A stretch of 64,000 bases of DNA. It comes from Dehalococcoidia bacterium (GTDB lineage: Bacteria; Chloroflexota; Dehalococcoidia; UBA6926). Below, piece by piece: positions 40,090 through 49,723 of this stretch (the stretch's first letter is position 1; every line of letters begins with the position of its first letter). Both the position numbers and the translations under genes were made by a program. The notes under the pieces were generated by a model that saw only the letters and a program-made list of their open reading frames with translations, made no database searches and was not told where the DNA came from. The stretch covers positions 155,547-219,546 of the forward strand of contig OZ250138.1 in assembly GCA_965237465.1 (NCBI GenBank), read 5' to 3'.

Positions 40090-41451
40090 GTGCGAAACCG
40101 GCCTTCATCTCAGACAGAGGGCGGAACCCCGGAAGGGGAGCCCCCAGGTTCGTTGCGCCGCGGAAGGCGAAGCTCCATCGGCGGCATGCTCAGCGCCTTT
40201 CAGTATCGTGATTACCGCATCCTGTGGGTCGGCGTCAGCATGCACGCGCTTACGCTCTGGATGGAGATCGTCGCCCGCAGCTGGCTCGTTTGGGAACTCA
40301 CTGGAGACCCCGTTGCTGTCGGCTGGGTCAACTTCTGGCGCACTATCCCCGTCCTCTTCCTCGCCATACCCGCAGGTGTCCTCGCGGACCGACTGAGCCG
40401 CAAGGCCATCCTGGTCACTACGCAGATTGGGATCCTGGCAGTCTATATCGTCCTTGTGGCGCTCCTGTTGCGGGACGCGCTGGAGTTGTGGCAGGTGTAC
40501 ACCCTCTTTGCCGCTCGCGGCGCGATGATCGCCTTCAATCAGCCGGGTCGGCAGGCGCTGATACCAGCCATCGTGGGCCGTGACAAGGTGCCAAACGCCG
40601 TGGCGCTGCAGCAGTTCTCTTTCAACGGCACGCGCATCGTCGCGCCAATAATGACGGGGGTCCTCTTTGAGACGGTGGGGCCTGCGTCCGTGTTCATCAT
40701 TATCGTTGCCCTGGAGTTTGGCATCATCGGCGCGTGGCTCCTGATGAGGTCGTATCCGCATGCGGCCCGCGCCGTGGCCGGGCCGACCGGCATGGCGGGG
40801 GCGTTGCGGGATACGTGGGCGGGACTGCGCTATGTTCGCGGCAACTCATCGATCCTGCTTCTGCTTCTCTTCGGATTGCTCTCCCTCATGTTCCTGCAGC
40901 CGTTCATGGTCCTGTTGCCGGAGATCGCGGACTCCCGATTCGACATCGGCACGGACTGGCTGGTCATGGTTATGAATGATGCCGGCCTCGGGTTCATCAT
41001 CGGGGCGACGCTCTTCGGGACGTTCCTGACGTTCATGGGCATCGGCTCAATCATAGGCCCAACTCTGCTCGCCTACTTGGGAAACGTGCCCAACAAGGGC
41101 GCGCTGATTGTGGGAAGCATGGCCCTAAGCGGAGTCGTTCTTGCCGCGTTGGGAGCCGCGCCGTGGCTGATCCTCGGGTTGGCCGTCATGATCCTTCTCG
41201 GAATGCTCGACTCGAGTCAACGAGTTATCACGAACAGTCTTCTTCTCACACAGACGGACACCGAGTATCACGGGAGGGTCATCAGCCTCTACCTGCTGGA
41301 CAGGGGCTTTGTGCCGATTGGTAGCCTCGTGGCGGGATACATGGGCGCGTATCTCGGACCCGGAGCGGCGCTGGCGATTCTGGGTGGGGCGCTGACCGTG
41401 TCCGTGCTGATCCTGGCCGCAATCAGGCCGAGCTTCCTCCGCGTACGGTAG
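40090..41451 (+). CDS. MFS transporter
   Basis: AGVLADRLSRK, PGRQALIPAIV, EYHGRVIS. Confidence 0.92.
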   Translation: MRNRPSSQTEGGTPEGEPPGSLRRGRRSSIGGMLSAFQYRDYRILWVGVSMHALTLWMEIVARSWLVWELTGDPVAVGWVNFWRTIPVLFLAIPAGVLADRLSRKAILVTTQIGILAVYIVLVALLLRDALELWQVYTLFAARGAMIAFNQPGRQALIPAIVGRDKVPNAVALQQFSFNGTRIVAPIMTGVLFETVGPASVFIIIVALEFGIIGAWLLMRSYPHAARAVAGPTGMAGALRDTWAGLRYVRGNSSILLLLLFGLLSLMFLQPFMVLLPEIADSRFDIGTDWLVMVMNDAGLGFIIGATLFGTFLTFMGIGSIIGPTLLAYLGNVPNKGALIVGSMALSGVVLAALGAAPWLILGLAVMILLGMLDSSQRVITNSLLLTQTDTEYHGRVISLYLLDRGFVPIGSLVAGYMGAYLGPGAALAILGGALTVSVLILAAIRPSFLRVR

Positions 41452-41488
41452 GCGGGGCCCGCGCTGCTCCATACGCTACCCTTAAGAC

Positions 41489-42004
41489 ATGAGTTCGCAC
41501 GAATGGAGTGTAGTTTCACGCTCGGCAGAGGACACCCACGCGATTGGCCGGGCGATTGGAGCCGCGCTGACTGAGGGCTCTATCGTGCTGCTCATGGGCC
41601 GGCTCGGCGCCGGCAAGACCACCCTGACGCAGGGTATTGCGGCCGGGTTGGGCGTTGATGCCTACACCAAGAGCCCGTCATTTGTCTTTGTAAACGAATA
41701 CGAAGGCCGACTGCCGCTCTTTCACATGGACCTCTATCGGATCGACGACGCTCTGGAAGCGTGGGACCTGGGCCTGGACGACTACATCAGCCGCGGAGGC
41801 GTCCTGGCCGTTGAATGGGCGGACCGCGCGCCGTCCCTTTTTCCCAATGATCGCCTGGAAATCCGCATTGACTACGTTTCAGACAGCGAGCGCCGCTTGA
41901 CGCTAAAGGCGCTTGGAACGGCGTCCGCTGAGATCATCGAGAAGGCCAAATGCGCCGACGAGACGAGACAAGGCGCGGACGACGAGAAACGCGCGCCGGC
42001 ATGA
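41489..42004 (+). CDS. tsaE: t6A biosynthesis ATPase TsaE
   Basis: GRLGAGKTT, SPSF..VNEY, HMDLYR, VEW. Confidence 0.96.
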   Translation: MSSHEWSVVSRSAEDTHAIGRAIGAALTEGSIVLLMGRLGAGKTTLTQGIAAGLGVDAYTKSPSFVFVNEYEGRLPLFHMDLYRIDDALEAWDLGLDDYISRGGVLAVEWADRAPSLFPNDRLEIRIDYVSDSERRLTLKALGTASAEIIEKAKCADETRQGADDEKRAPA

Positions 42005-42717
42005 TTCTCGCGATTGACACGGCAACAGAGGCGGCGAGTCTTGCCCTGGCGCGGGAGGACGGCGAGCTCATTTCCACCCTGGGGTGGCGCGCCGGTCGTA
42101 ACCACACGATGGAACTCCATCCCGCGATTGATCAGATGCTCGGCCAGACAAGAATTGGTGTGGGCGATCTGACAGGCGTCGTTGTGACGATCGGCCCCGG
42201 CAGCTTTACCGGAATCCGCATCGGTCTTGCAACTGCGAAGGGGCTGTCTCTGGGCCTGGATATTCCGATCATCGGGATAGAGACATTGGCGGCCGCTGCA
42301 AACCCCTTTGCGTGGACGGAACGAACCGTCTGGTCCGTCGTCGGTGTTGGCAGGGGGCAGTTTGCGGCCGCAGCCTATCGCCAGGCGGACGATGGCGGCG
42401 TGCGCAAGGTTCACGTGGAATCAATCGTCACCCCGTCTGAACTTGGCGACCTCATCGTCGCTCATAACGGGGAATCGCTGCTCACAGGGGAATTTGACGA
42501 CGACCTCAGCGAGATGATGCGAACACGGATCGGCGACGCCGTGCTAGTCCTGCCGCTGGCTCAGCGGGTACGCTCCGCGCGTGACGCCGCGCATCTGGGC
42601 CGCTTGCGTCTGACTCGTGGCGAGGCGGATGACGTTGTGGCCCTGGAGCCTCTCTATCTCAGGCCTCCGGCCGCCGTTGAAAAGGCCGCGGAGGCGGCAG
42701 CCAACCCCTCTGGCTAA
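42001..42717 (+). CDS. tsaB: t6A biosynthesis protein TsaB
   Basis: MILAIDTA, GPGSFTGIRIG, LEPLYLR; ATGA overlap with tsaE. Confidence 0.95.
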   Translation: MILAIDTATEAASLALAREDGELISTLGWRAGRNHTMELHPAIDQMLGQTRIGVGDLTGVVVTIGPGSFTGIRIGLATAKGLSLGLDIPIIGIETLAAAANPFAWTERTVWSVVGVGRGQFAAAAYRQADDGGVRKVHVESIVTPSELGDLIVAHNGESLLTGEFDDDLSEMMRTRIGDAVLVLPLAQRVRSARDAAHLGRLRLTRGEADDVVALEPLYLRPPAAVEKAAEAAANPSG

Positions 42718-42890
42718 TCCTTGTCCCTGGTCCGGTCCCGCTTCCGGCGCCCCAACCGGGACATGACGATGAGCACCACGATTATCGCGACAATCAGTCC
42801 GAAACTGATAATCTCGTCCGCCCACCCGGCCGCGCCGCTCAGCGCATGTGCGGGAGGAACGACAGGGAGCGGTGGCAAAGAAACGACCAT
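42714..42890 (-). CDS. Small single-pass membrane protein (58 aa), hypothetical
   Basis: MVVSLPPLPVVPPAHALSGAAGWADEIISFGLIVAIIVVLIVMSRLGRRKRDRTRDKD; TM followed by basic tail; TATTCT 5 nt upstream of ATG. Confidence 0.6.
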   Translation of the reverse strand: MVVSLPPLPVVPPAHALSGAAGWADEIISFGLIVAIIVVLIVMSRLGRRKRDRTRDKD

Positions 42891-42943
42891 ACGTCAGAAT
42901 AACGCGCAGCGGGTGTGAGAACAGGGTTAGAGAGAAACCTCAT

Positions 42944-42969
42944 CGTCATTCCCCCGAAAGCGGGAATCT
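42944..42969 (+). repeat. Single CGTC-type REP palindrome
   Basis: CGTCATTCCCCCGAAAGCGGGAATCT. Confidence 0.65.
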
Positions 42970-42981
42970 GGGAGTTGTGAG

Positions 42982-43791
42982 ATGTCTGACATTCCACGTG
43001 ACCGCTACACACACGGTCACCATGAATCGGTAGTCCAGAACCACGCGCGGCGACGCGCCGAGGTGGACGCCTGGTTCCTGCTGCCGCGTCTGAGCGCGGG
43101 AATGAGCCTGCTGGACGTGGGCTGCGGCCCGGGCACAATCACCGTCGGTTTCGCAAGAGCGGTCGCGCCCGGCGAGGTCACGGGAATCGACCTTTCGGAA
43201 GAGGTGCTGGCACAGGCGCGAGAACACGCCGAATCTGAGGCTGTGGACAACCTGACGTTCGAGTTTGGTGACGTGTACCAACTCGACTACGAAGACGGCG
43301 TGTTCGACGTCGTCTACGCGAATCAGTTGTTGCAGCATCTGACCGATCAGCCCCGGGCGCTGCGAGAGATGCGGCGCGTCCTCAAGCCCGGCGGCCTGCT
43401 CACCGTTCGGGACACTGATTACGCCACCATGGCGCCCTGGCCCAAGTTCCCCGAGTTCGACGAGTGGAGCCGCCTTTACCACAGCGTCGCGTATCACAAC
43501 AATGCGGAGCCGGACGCCGGCCGTCAGCTTACGCGCTGGGTGCGAGAAGCGGGTTTCATGGACTATGAGCTGCATCCCAACGTGATGGTGATGGACGGCG
43601 AGGAGGCCCGCCAATGGGGCAGTATGTGGTCGCAGCGGATATTCCACTCGAACGTCGGACACGATGCGCTTGCTTATGGGTTAGCGGAGCAAGCAGACTT
43701 GGACAGGATTTCAAAGGCATGGACAGCGTTTGCGGAATCTGAGTGGCCGTTTTTCATGTACGCGCAAATGGGCGTCCTGGCGCGGCGATAG
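42982..43791 (+). CDS. Class I SAM-dependent methyltransferase (UbiE-like)
   Basis: YTHGHHESV, LLDVGCGPG, FDVV, RRVLKPGG. Confidence 0.9.
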   Translation: MSDIPRDRYTHGHHESVVQNHARRRAEVDAWFLLPRLSAGMSLLDVGCGPGTITVGFARAVAPGEVTGIDLSEEVLAQAREHAESEAVDNLTFEFGDVYQLDYEDGVFDVVYANQLLQHLTDQPRALREMRRVLKPGGLLTVRDTDYATMAPWPKFPEFDEWSRLYHSVAYHNNAEPDAGRQLTRWVREAGFMDYELHPNVMVMDGEEARQWGSMWSQRIFHSNVGHDALAYGLAEQADLDRISKAWTAFAESEWPFFMYAQMGVLARR

Positions 43792-43814
43792 AGCAGGGGC
43801 GCAGGAGGGGCAAA

Positions 43815-44915
43815 ATGAAGGCTGCCGTGCTGAATGTAATAAACACGCCCCTATCTGTGGAGGATGTGCCGATTCCCACGCCACTCGCCGGGGAGGCGCT
43901 GATCAAGATCGCCGCGACAGGCGTGTGCCACACGGACCTGCACGTCATGCGCGGCGAGGTTGCTTTTCCTACGCCCTGCGTCCTAGGCCACGAGACCTCC
44001 GGCACAGTGGAGGCGGTTGGCGACGGCGTGACCAATGTCGCGGTCGGCGACCGCGTTGTGTGCAGCTTCATCATGCCATGCAACGATTGTTCTTACTGCA
44101 AGCGGGGCCGCGATGATCTCTGCGAGACATTCTTCGCCTATAACCGCCTCAAGGGGCAGCTGTACGATGGCCAAACCCGGCTAGCCCGCCACGACGGATC
44201 GCCGCTGGCGATGTACAGCATGGGGGCGCTCGCGGAGTATGCGGTGACGCCTGCCTCCTCCGTGTTCCGACTGCCGGAAGGAATTCCGCTGAACGAAGCG
44301 GCCATTATCGGCTGCAGCGTTTTCACGGCGTATGGCGCGGTTCACAATCAGGCCGCCCTGATGCCGGGCGAGTCCGTGGCTGTTTATGCAGTCGGAGGCG
44401 TCGGAACAAACGTCGTGCAGATTGCCGCAACCGCCGGAGCCGCGCAGGTCATTGCGGTTGACCTCGACGATGCCAAGCTGGAGATGGCGCGGAGCTTTGG
44501 CGCAACGGCGACGATAAACGCTCGCCTCGAGGACCCACCGGAGAGAATTCGCGAAATGACAGCCGGCCGCGGCGCCGACGTCGCCATTGAGGCGCTGGGG
44601 TCGTCACAGACGGTCTTGCAGGCGTTTGGTTCGGTGGCGGACGGAGGTCGCGTCGTGATGATCGGCATCGCCGCCGCGGGAGAGACAGTGTCTTTGGAAA
44701 TCACGCGCATCGTGCGGCGCGGCGTCAGGATCATAGGCTCATACGGTGCTCGGGCAGGCGTGGACATGCCGGAGATCATTCGGCTCGTCGAAGAGGGTGT
44801 CCTGAACGTCGAGCGGCCAATCACCAGGCGATTCCCATTGGAAAACGTGAACGATGCATACGAAGCGCTCGGACGGGGCGAGATCGTTGGACGGGCGCTA
44901 ATCACATTCGAGTGA
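43815..44915 (+). CDS. Zinc-binding alcohol dehydrogenase (MDR family)
   Basis: GVCHTD, LGHE, C..C..C.......C structural zinc, VGGVG; GGAGG RBS. Confidence 0.92.
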   Translation: MKAAVLNVINTPLSVEDVPIPTPLAGEALIKIAATGVCHTDLHVMRGEVAFPTPCVLGHETSGTVEAVGDGVTNVAVGDRVVCSFIMPCNDCSYCKRGRDDLCETFFAYNRLKGQLYDGQTRLARHDGSPLAMYSMGALAEYAVTPASSVFRLPEGIPLNEAAIIGCSVFTAYGAVHNQAALMPGESVAVYAVGGVGTNVVQIAATAGAAQVIAVDLDDAKLEMARSFGATATINARLEDPPERIREMTAGRGADVAIEALGSSQTVLQAFGSVADGGRVVMIGIAAAGETVSLEITRIVRRGVRIIGSYGARAGVDMPEIIRLVEEGVLNVERPITRRFPLENVNDAYEALGRGEIVGRALITFE

Positions 44916-45011
44916 TGTGAATGGCCGCGCCAAGAGCCGCCCATTCGTCGCGCTTGACGGCGAACTGACGTTCTGTTAACCTTTGGCCGAGTCAGGTGAA
45001 GGTGAAAAACT

Positions 45012-46826
45012 GTGCTGTGTGGACTGACAATAGAAAACATTGGCGTCATTGACCGTGTCGTGATCCCGTTTGCCGCCGGTTTCAACGTGCTGACGGGCGA
45101 AACGGGCGCGGGCAAGTCAATTATTGTTGAATCCGTTGGGCTTGCGCTTGGCGCGCGGACGGATGCCTCGTTGCTGCGGGCGGGGGCTCCGGCGGCGCGT
45201 GTCGAGGCGGTATTTGATGTAGAGGCGGGCGAGTTTTCTCTTCCGGAGGAACTGGCTTCCAAGCTCGGTATTCGTGAAAAAGCCGGACGCTTGGCCATTT
45301 GCCTTGTGAGAGAGATTAAGGCCGATGGTCGCGGCGTGTGCACAATCAACGGGCGTCACGTCTCCCTAAAGACCCTGCAGGATGTGGGCCGCCGACTTGT
45401 AGACGCGCATGGTCAACGGCAAACAATGTCGCTGCTGCGCACGTCCGAGCACCGTGAACTTCTGGATCACTATGGCGGCCTCCTTGAGTTGCGTGGCGAG
45501 TATGTCGATGCCCTCCATCGCCTCCGGGCGGCCCGTGCTGAACTGGCCCAGATCCGGCGAGACGAGGATGAGCAAGCTGCGCGCCTCGCGCAACTCACCC
45601 GTGAGCTGCAGGCGATCCGCGACGTGGCGCCCGTCCTCGGTGAGGATGACGTCTTGACCAGGGAACGCACGCGGCTGGCTAACGCGGTGCAGCTGCGGCA
45701 GCTGGCGGGATCAGCGAAGTCATCTCTGGTGGACAATGCGGGCGCAGAGTCATCCGGAGCCGATGCTCTGGCGGAGATGGCTCAAGGCCTCCGCGCCGCC
45801 TCTGAGCTTGATGCCGATCTCAGGCCCTTGCATGAGGCGGCAGAGGCCCTCTGGGAACAGGCTCAGGACATCGCGCAGGCGCTCGGCCGTTACGTGGAGG
45901 ACCTGGATACGGACCCGAACCGCCTTGAGTATGTTGATCAACGCGTTGCAATGATTGATGAGCTAAAGGACAAGCATGGCGGCTCAATTGAGGAGGTCAT
46001 CGCCCACGGGGAGACGGCGGAGGTTGAACTCGAGCAGCTGATAGCTACTCCTGAACGGCGGGCAGCCCTTGAAGAGACTGAGCGCATGCTTGCAGCTGGC
46101 GTAGTAAGCCGAGGAGTGGAGCTGTCGCGAGCGCGGCAAGCGGCGGCAGCGCGGCTGGGCCAGGCTCTTGAGGCCGAAATCGCCGACCTGGCCCTGCCGG
46201 GAGCGCGGGTGGAAGTGCAAGTGACCCCGATGCACGGCGACGCTACCGCGAGCAAGGCCGCAACCGCTCTCGCCTCCGAGATCGCCGATGATGCGGGAGG
46301 CGAGGGACCCTACGGTTTGGATGAGTCCGGCATCGACCATGTTGAGATATTAATTGCCCCCAACGATGGAGAGCCGCTGCGTCCGCTCGTCAAGACTGCC
46401 TCCGGAGGAGAGATGGCGCGCCTAATGCTTGCGCTCAAGAGCGTGCTGGTTCGCGGGGGCGCGCCGACGCTTGTGCTGGATGAGATCGATGTTGGCGTGG
46501 GCGGCCATGTCGGCGCCACGGTCGGTCGCAAGCTCAGCGGCCTGGCTGAGCAGCATCAGGTCATCTGCGTCACGCACCTGCCGCAGGTGGCGAGCTATGC
46601 AAGCCGTCACTTCCGTGTCGTAAAGGGCTCAATGGAGGGCCGTACGATAACGCGCGTTGAACATCTTGCGGATCGGCAGTCGAGGATCGCGGAACTGGCG
46701 CAGATGATCGGCTCTCAATCGGCCTCGGCGCGGCGGAGCGTTGGGGAGATGCTTGACGATGCGCAGCCGGGCGAACCGAACCCGGAAAGCCCCGTGACGC
46801 TGCGACTCCTGGAGGCCGTTGGTTAG
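45012..46826 (+). CDS. recN: DNA repair protein RecN
   Basis: LTGETGAGKS, HGQ, coiled coil, ASGGE..R, DEID.GVGG, VTHLPQVA. Confidence 0.96.
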   Translation: MLCGLTIENIGVIDRVVIPFAAGFNVLTGETGAGKSIIVESVGLALGARTDASLLRAGAPAARVEAVFDVEAGEFSLPEELASKLGIREKAGRLAICLVREIKADGRGVCTINGRHVSLKTLQDVGRRLVDAHGQRQTMSLLRTSEHRELLDHYGGLLELRGEYVDALHRLRAARAELAQIRRDEDEQAARLAQLTRELQAIRDVAPVLGEDDVLTRERTRLANAVQLRQLAGSAKSSLVDNAGAESSGADALAEMAQGLRAASELDADLRPLHEAAEALWEQAQDIAQALGRYVEDLDTDPNRLEYVDQRVAMIDELKDKHGGSIEEVIAHGETAEVELEQLIATPERRAALEETERMLAAGVVSRGVELSRARQAAAARLGQALEAEIADLALPGARVEVQVTPMHGDATASKAATALASEIADDAGGEGPYGLDESGIDHVEILIAPNDGEPLRPLVKTASGGEMARLMLALKSVLVRGGAPTLVLDEIDVGVGGHVGATVGRKLSGLAEQHQVICVTHLPQVASYASRHFRVVKGSMEGRTITRVEHLADRQSRIAELAQMIGSQSASARRSVGEMLDDAQPGEPNPESPVTLRLLEAVG

Positions 46827-46935
46827 CCGCCGTATTGACACAACCGCCCGTGATCACAATCATAGTGACGGCCAAAAGCGTCGCGCCGCACGATGGACAA
46901 ATATCTTTCCAACCAACACGAAAGTCATTACTGGC

Positions 46936-48273
46936 ATGTCATCTCAAACCGAAACCATAGAACGCATCGTGTCCGCGCGGATTCCAACCGCGCACGGCGA
47001 GTTCAGGCTCGACTACTACTCCAACACGGTCGACAACAAGGAACACCTGGCGCTCGTCAAGGGAGACGTCGAAAACGGCGCCGACGTGCTGGTGAGGGTG
47101 CATTCAGAGTGTTTCACTGGCGAAGTGTTGGGATCGCAGCGGTGTGATTGCGCAAGCCAACTGGATGCCGCAACTGAGGCCATCGCCAGGGAAGGCGTTG
47201 GGATCCTGATTTATCTGCGGCAAGAGGGCCGCGGCATCGGTCTGCGGGATAAGCTCCGGGCCTACAACCTCCAGGACGCCGGGTATGACACCGTCGATGC
47301 CAACATCCGGCTCGGCCACGGCGCGGATGATAGGGACTACCGCGTAGCGTCGCTGATCCTGGATGATCTTGGCGTCAGATCGATCCGACTGATGACCAAC
47401 AACCCGACAAAGTTTGACGAAATACGCGCCCTGGGCGTGGACGTAGTTGAGCGTGTCCCCGTTCCTGCGCCAGTTACGGTCCAGAACATGGACTATCTGA
47501 CGACCAAGGTGGAGCGGATGGGCCACATGATGACCTTGGAGACGCCGGAAACTCAGTCCTCAACACCTTTCGCCCAGGATGCGGAACAGCGCGCGCTGGC
47601 GGAAGCCAACCACCGGCCCTTTGTCACGCTGACCTATGCTCAGAGTCTCGACGGCTCCATTGCGGGCGCCGACGCCGTGCCATTGAGCCTGAGCGGATCG
47701 CAGTCCGCCGAAATGACGCATCTCTTGCGGTCAACCAACGACGCAATCCTTGTCGGTATCGGCACTGTAATCGCAGACGACCCGAGGCTGACAGTCAGGC
47801 TGACGGACGGCAAAGACCCGCAGCCCATCATCCTGGACAGCACGCTGCGATGCCCGCTCGACGCAACGCTGTTGGAAAGCTACCGCACGGCCCCGTGGAT
47901 CGCTACCAGAGAGGACGCGCCCATTGAGAGGCAGGTGGAGCTTGAGGCCGTCGGCGCGAGGGTGATCCGGTTGCCCGCGACCGAGCCGAGCGGCTTGGTT
48001 GACCTGCGCGCGCTCATGACGCGGTTGTACGACGAGGGAATTCGCAGCCTGATGGTGGAGGGCGGCGCTCGCGTCATCACGGAAATGCTGGCCAGCCGAT
48101 TCGTCGACCATGTGGTCATCACAGTCGCGCCGAAACTGGTCGGGGGACTGCACGCAGTGACAAACAGCGAGAACGTCGCCGAAGCCGTGTTTCCGCGACT
48201 TGGCAAGCTGGGCTACCAGCGGGCGGGGACGGACCTCGTCGTTTGGGGACGTCCGGATTGGTCCCAGGATTGA
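46936..48273 (+). CDS. ribA: GTP cyclohydrolase II fused to RibD-C (Rib7-like) reductase
   Basis: RVHSEC.TG.....RCDC, QEGRGIGL, TNNP.K; then YAQSLDG, DAILVGIGT..ADDPRL, VEGG. Confidence 0.9.
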   Translation: MSSQTETIERIVSARIPTAHGEFRLDYYSNTVDNKEHLALVKGDVENGADVLVRVHSECFTGEVLGSQRCDCASQLDAATEAIAREGVGILIYLRQEGRGIGLRDKLRAYNLQDAGYDTVDANIRLGHGADDRDYRVASLILDDLGVRSIRLMTNNPTKFDEIRALGVDVVERVPVPAPVTVQNMDYLTTKVERMGHMMTLETPETQSSTPFAQDAEQRALAEANHRPFVTLTYAQSLDGSIAGADAVPLSLSGSQSAEMTHLLRSTNDAILVGIGTVIADDPRLTVRLTDGKDPQPIILDSTLRCPLDATLLESYRTAPWIATREDAPIERQVELEAVGARVIRLPATEPSGLVDLRALMTRLYDEGIRSLMVEGGARVITEMLASRFVDHVVITVAPKLVGGLHAVTNSENVAEAVFPRLGKLGYQRAGTDLVVWGRPDWSQD

Positions 48274-49289
48274 AATCTCGCGTCGTAACCTTTACCGCGC
48301 CCGGGCGCGTGGAGGTCCATGAAGAGACGGTGACCGAGCCCTCGCCGGGCCATGTCTTGGTTCGGACGCGTGCTTCGGCCATCAGCGCCGGCACCGAATT
48401 GCTGGTCTATCGGGGCCAGGCCCCAACCGACATGGCGGCGGATGAATCCATCGCCGCGCTTGGGGGAAACCTTGAGTTTCCTCTTCAGTTCGGATACGCG
48501 GCGGCGGGAGAGATCGCCAAAGTTGGGGTCGGCGTCGACCCTGAGCTGCTTGGACGGCGCGTATTTGCATTCAATCCGCACGCATCGCTGTTTGAGGCCG
48601 TGCCGGAGACCCTGTTGCCCGTGCCGGATGGCGTCTCCTTTGAGGACGCGGCGATGCTGCCGTCTATGGAGACCGCCGTCAACCTCGTGATGGATGGCCG
48701 CCCGATTGTTGGCGAGACCGCTCTGGTCATAGGGCAGGGGGTTATTGGCCTCCTGACGACGGCTCTGCTGGCCCGGATGCCTCTGTCCACTCTTGTCACA
48801 CTTGACGCCCTGGCTGCCCGCCGAGAGGCATCACAGCAACTGGGCGCCACGATGGCGCTCGATGCCGCCGCTCCGGACGCCATGGAGGCTGTTCGCGCCG
48901 CTTTGGGCAATGATGGCGCTGATGTGGCGTTTGAACTGTCCGGCCGGCCTGAGGCGCTAAATGCTGCCCTAGCCGCAACCGGATTCGCCGGGCGGATCGT
49001 CATCGGGTCATGGTACGGAACAAAGACTGCTCCGATTGATCTTGGTGGTCGCTTCCACCGCAGCCGGATTCGACTCATAAACAGCCAGGTGACGACTATC
49101 GCCCCGGAACTGACGGGGCGTTGGACAAAGGAGCGGCGATTCCGCGCTGCGTGGGAGATGATCAGACAGGTTGAACCATCCCAGCTTGTAACGCATCGCT
49201 TTCCGGTGGCCAGGGCCGCGGAGGCGTATCGGCTGCTGGATGAATCACCGCAGGCCGCGTTGCAAGTCCTGCTGACATACGATGATTAG
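48270..49289 (+). CDS. MDR-family dehydrogenase (atypical zinc site)
   Basis: SAISAGTE, FGY, GQGVIG Rossmann motif, SWYG; TTG start overlapping the upstream TGA. Confidence 0.85.
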   Translation: MKSRVVTFTAPGRVEVHEETVTEPSPGHVLVRTRASAISAGTELLVYRGQAPTDMAADESIAALGGNLEFPLQFGYAAAGEIAKVGVGVDPELLGRRVFAFNPHASLFEAVPETLLPVPDGVSFEDAAMLPSMETAVNLVMDGRPIVGETALVIGQGVIGLLTTALLARMPLSTLVTLDALAARREASQQLGATMALDAAAPDAMEAVRAALGNDGADVAFELSGRPEALNAALAATGFAGRIVIGSWYGTKTAPIDLGGRFHRSRIRLINSQVTTIAPELTGRWTKERRFRAAWEMIRQVEPSQLVTHRFPVARAAEAYRLLDESPQAALQVLLTYDD

Positions 49290-49339
49290 AGGGGACGCAG
49301 GCACCGTCCGTGGGAAGGAATCCGGGAACGGGTGAGAGC

Positions 49340-49723
49340 ATGTATTCCGTCGCGGTAACCCAGGGCTTCATTGCGCAGCACTACTTGATTGGCGGCGATT
49401 GGGGGCCGGAGAACAGGCTGAATTCTCACCGGTTTCGGGTGGAGATCAGGCTGGAGGGCGCCACGTTGGACCAGCACGGATACCTCGTGGACATTGTCGT
49501 GATCAAAGAGACCCTTGGGGAGGTCGTCAAGCGCTACAGTGACGTCACCCTCAACGATCTGCCGGAGTTCGCGGGCCTCAACCCAAGCGTGGAGAACTTT
49601 GTGCGCATCCTGAGCGAGTTCATTGAGCAGAGAATCCCAACGGCGACGCTGTCGGTCATGACGGTCAGGCTGTGGGAGGCGGACGACGCGTGGGCCTCAT
49701 ACCGCCGGGAATTTGCGCATTGA
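49340..49723 (+). CDS. 6-pyruvoyl/6-carboxy-tetrahydropterin synthase-like (COG0720 T-fold) protein
   Basis: F.AQH, G..LD..GYLVD, LNDLPEF..NPSVE, WE motifs. Confidence 0.85.
   Translation: MYSVAVTQGFIAQHYLIGGDWGPENRLNSHRFRVEIRLEGATLDQHGYLVDIVVIKETLGEVVKRYSDVTLNDLPEFAGLNPSVENFVRILSEFIEQRIPTATLSVMTVRLWEADDAWASYRREFAH

Noticed and set aside
46827-46935. FMN riboswitch upstream of ribA
   Set aside because: Gap is about 110 nt and lacks recognisable RFN conserved sequences
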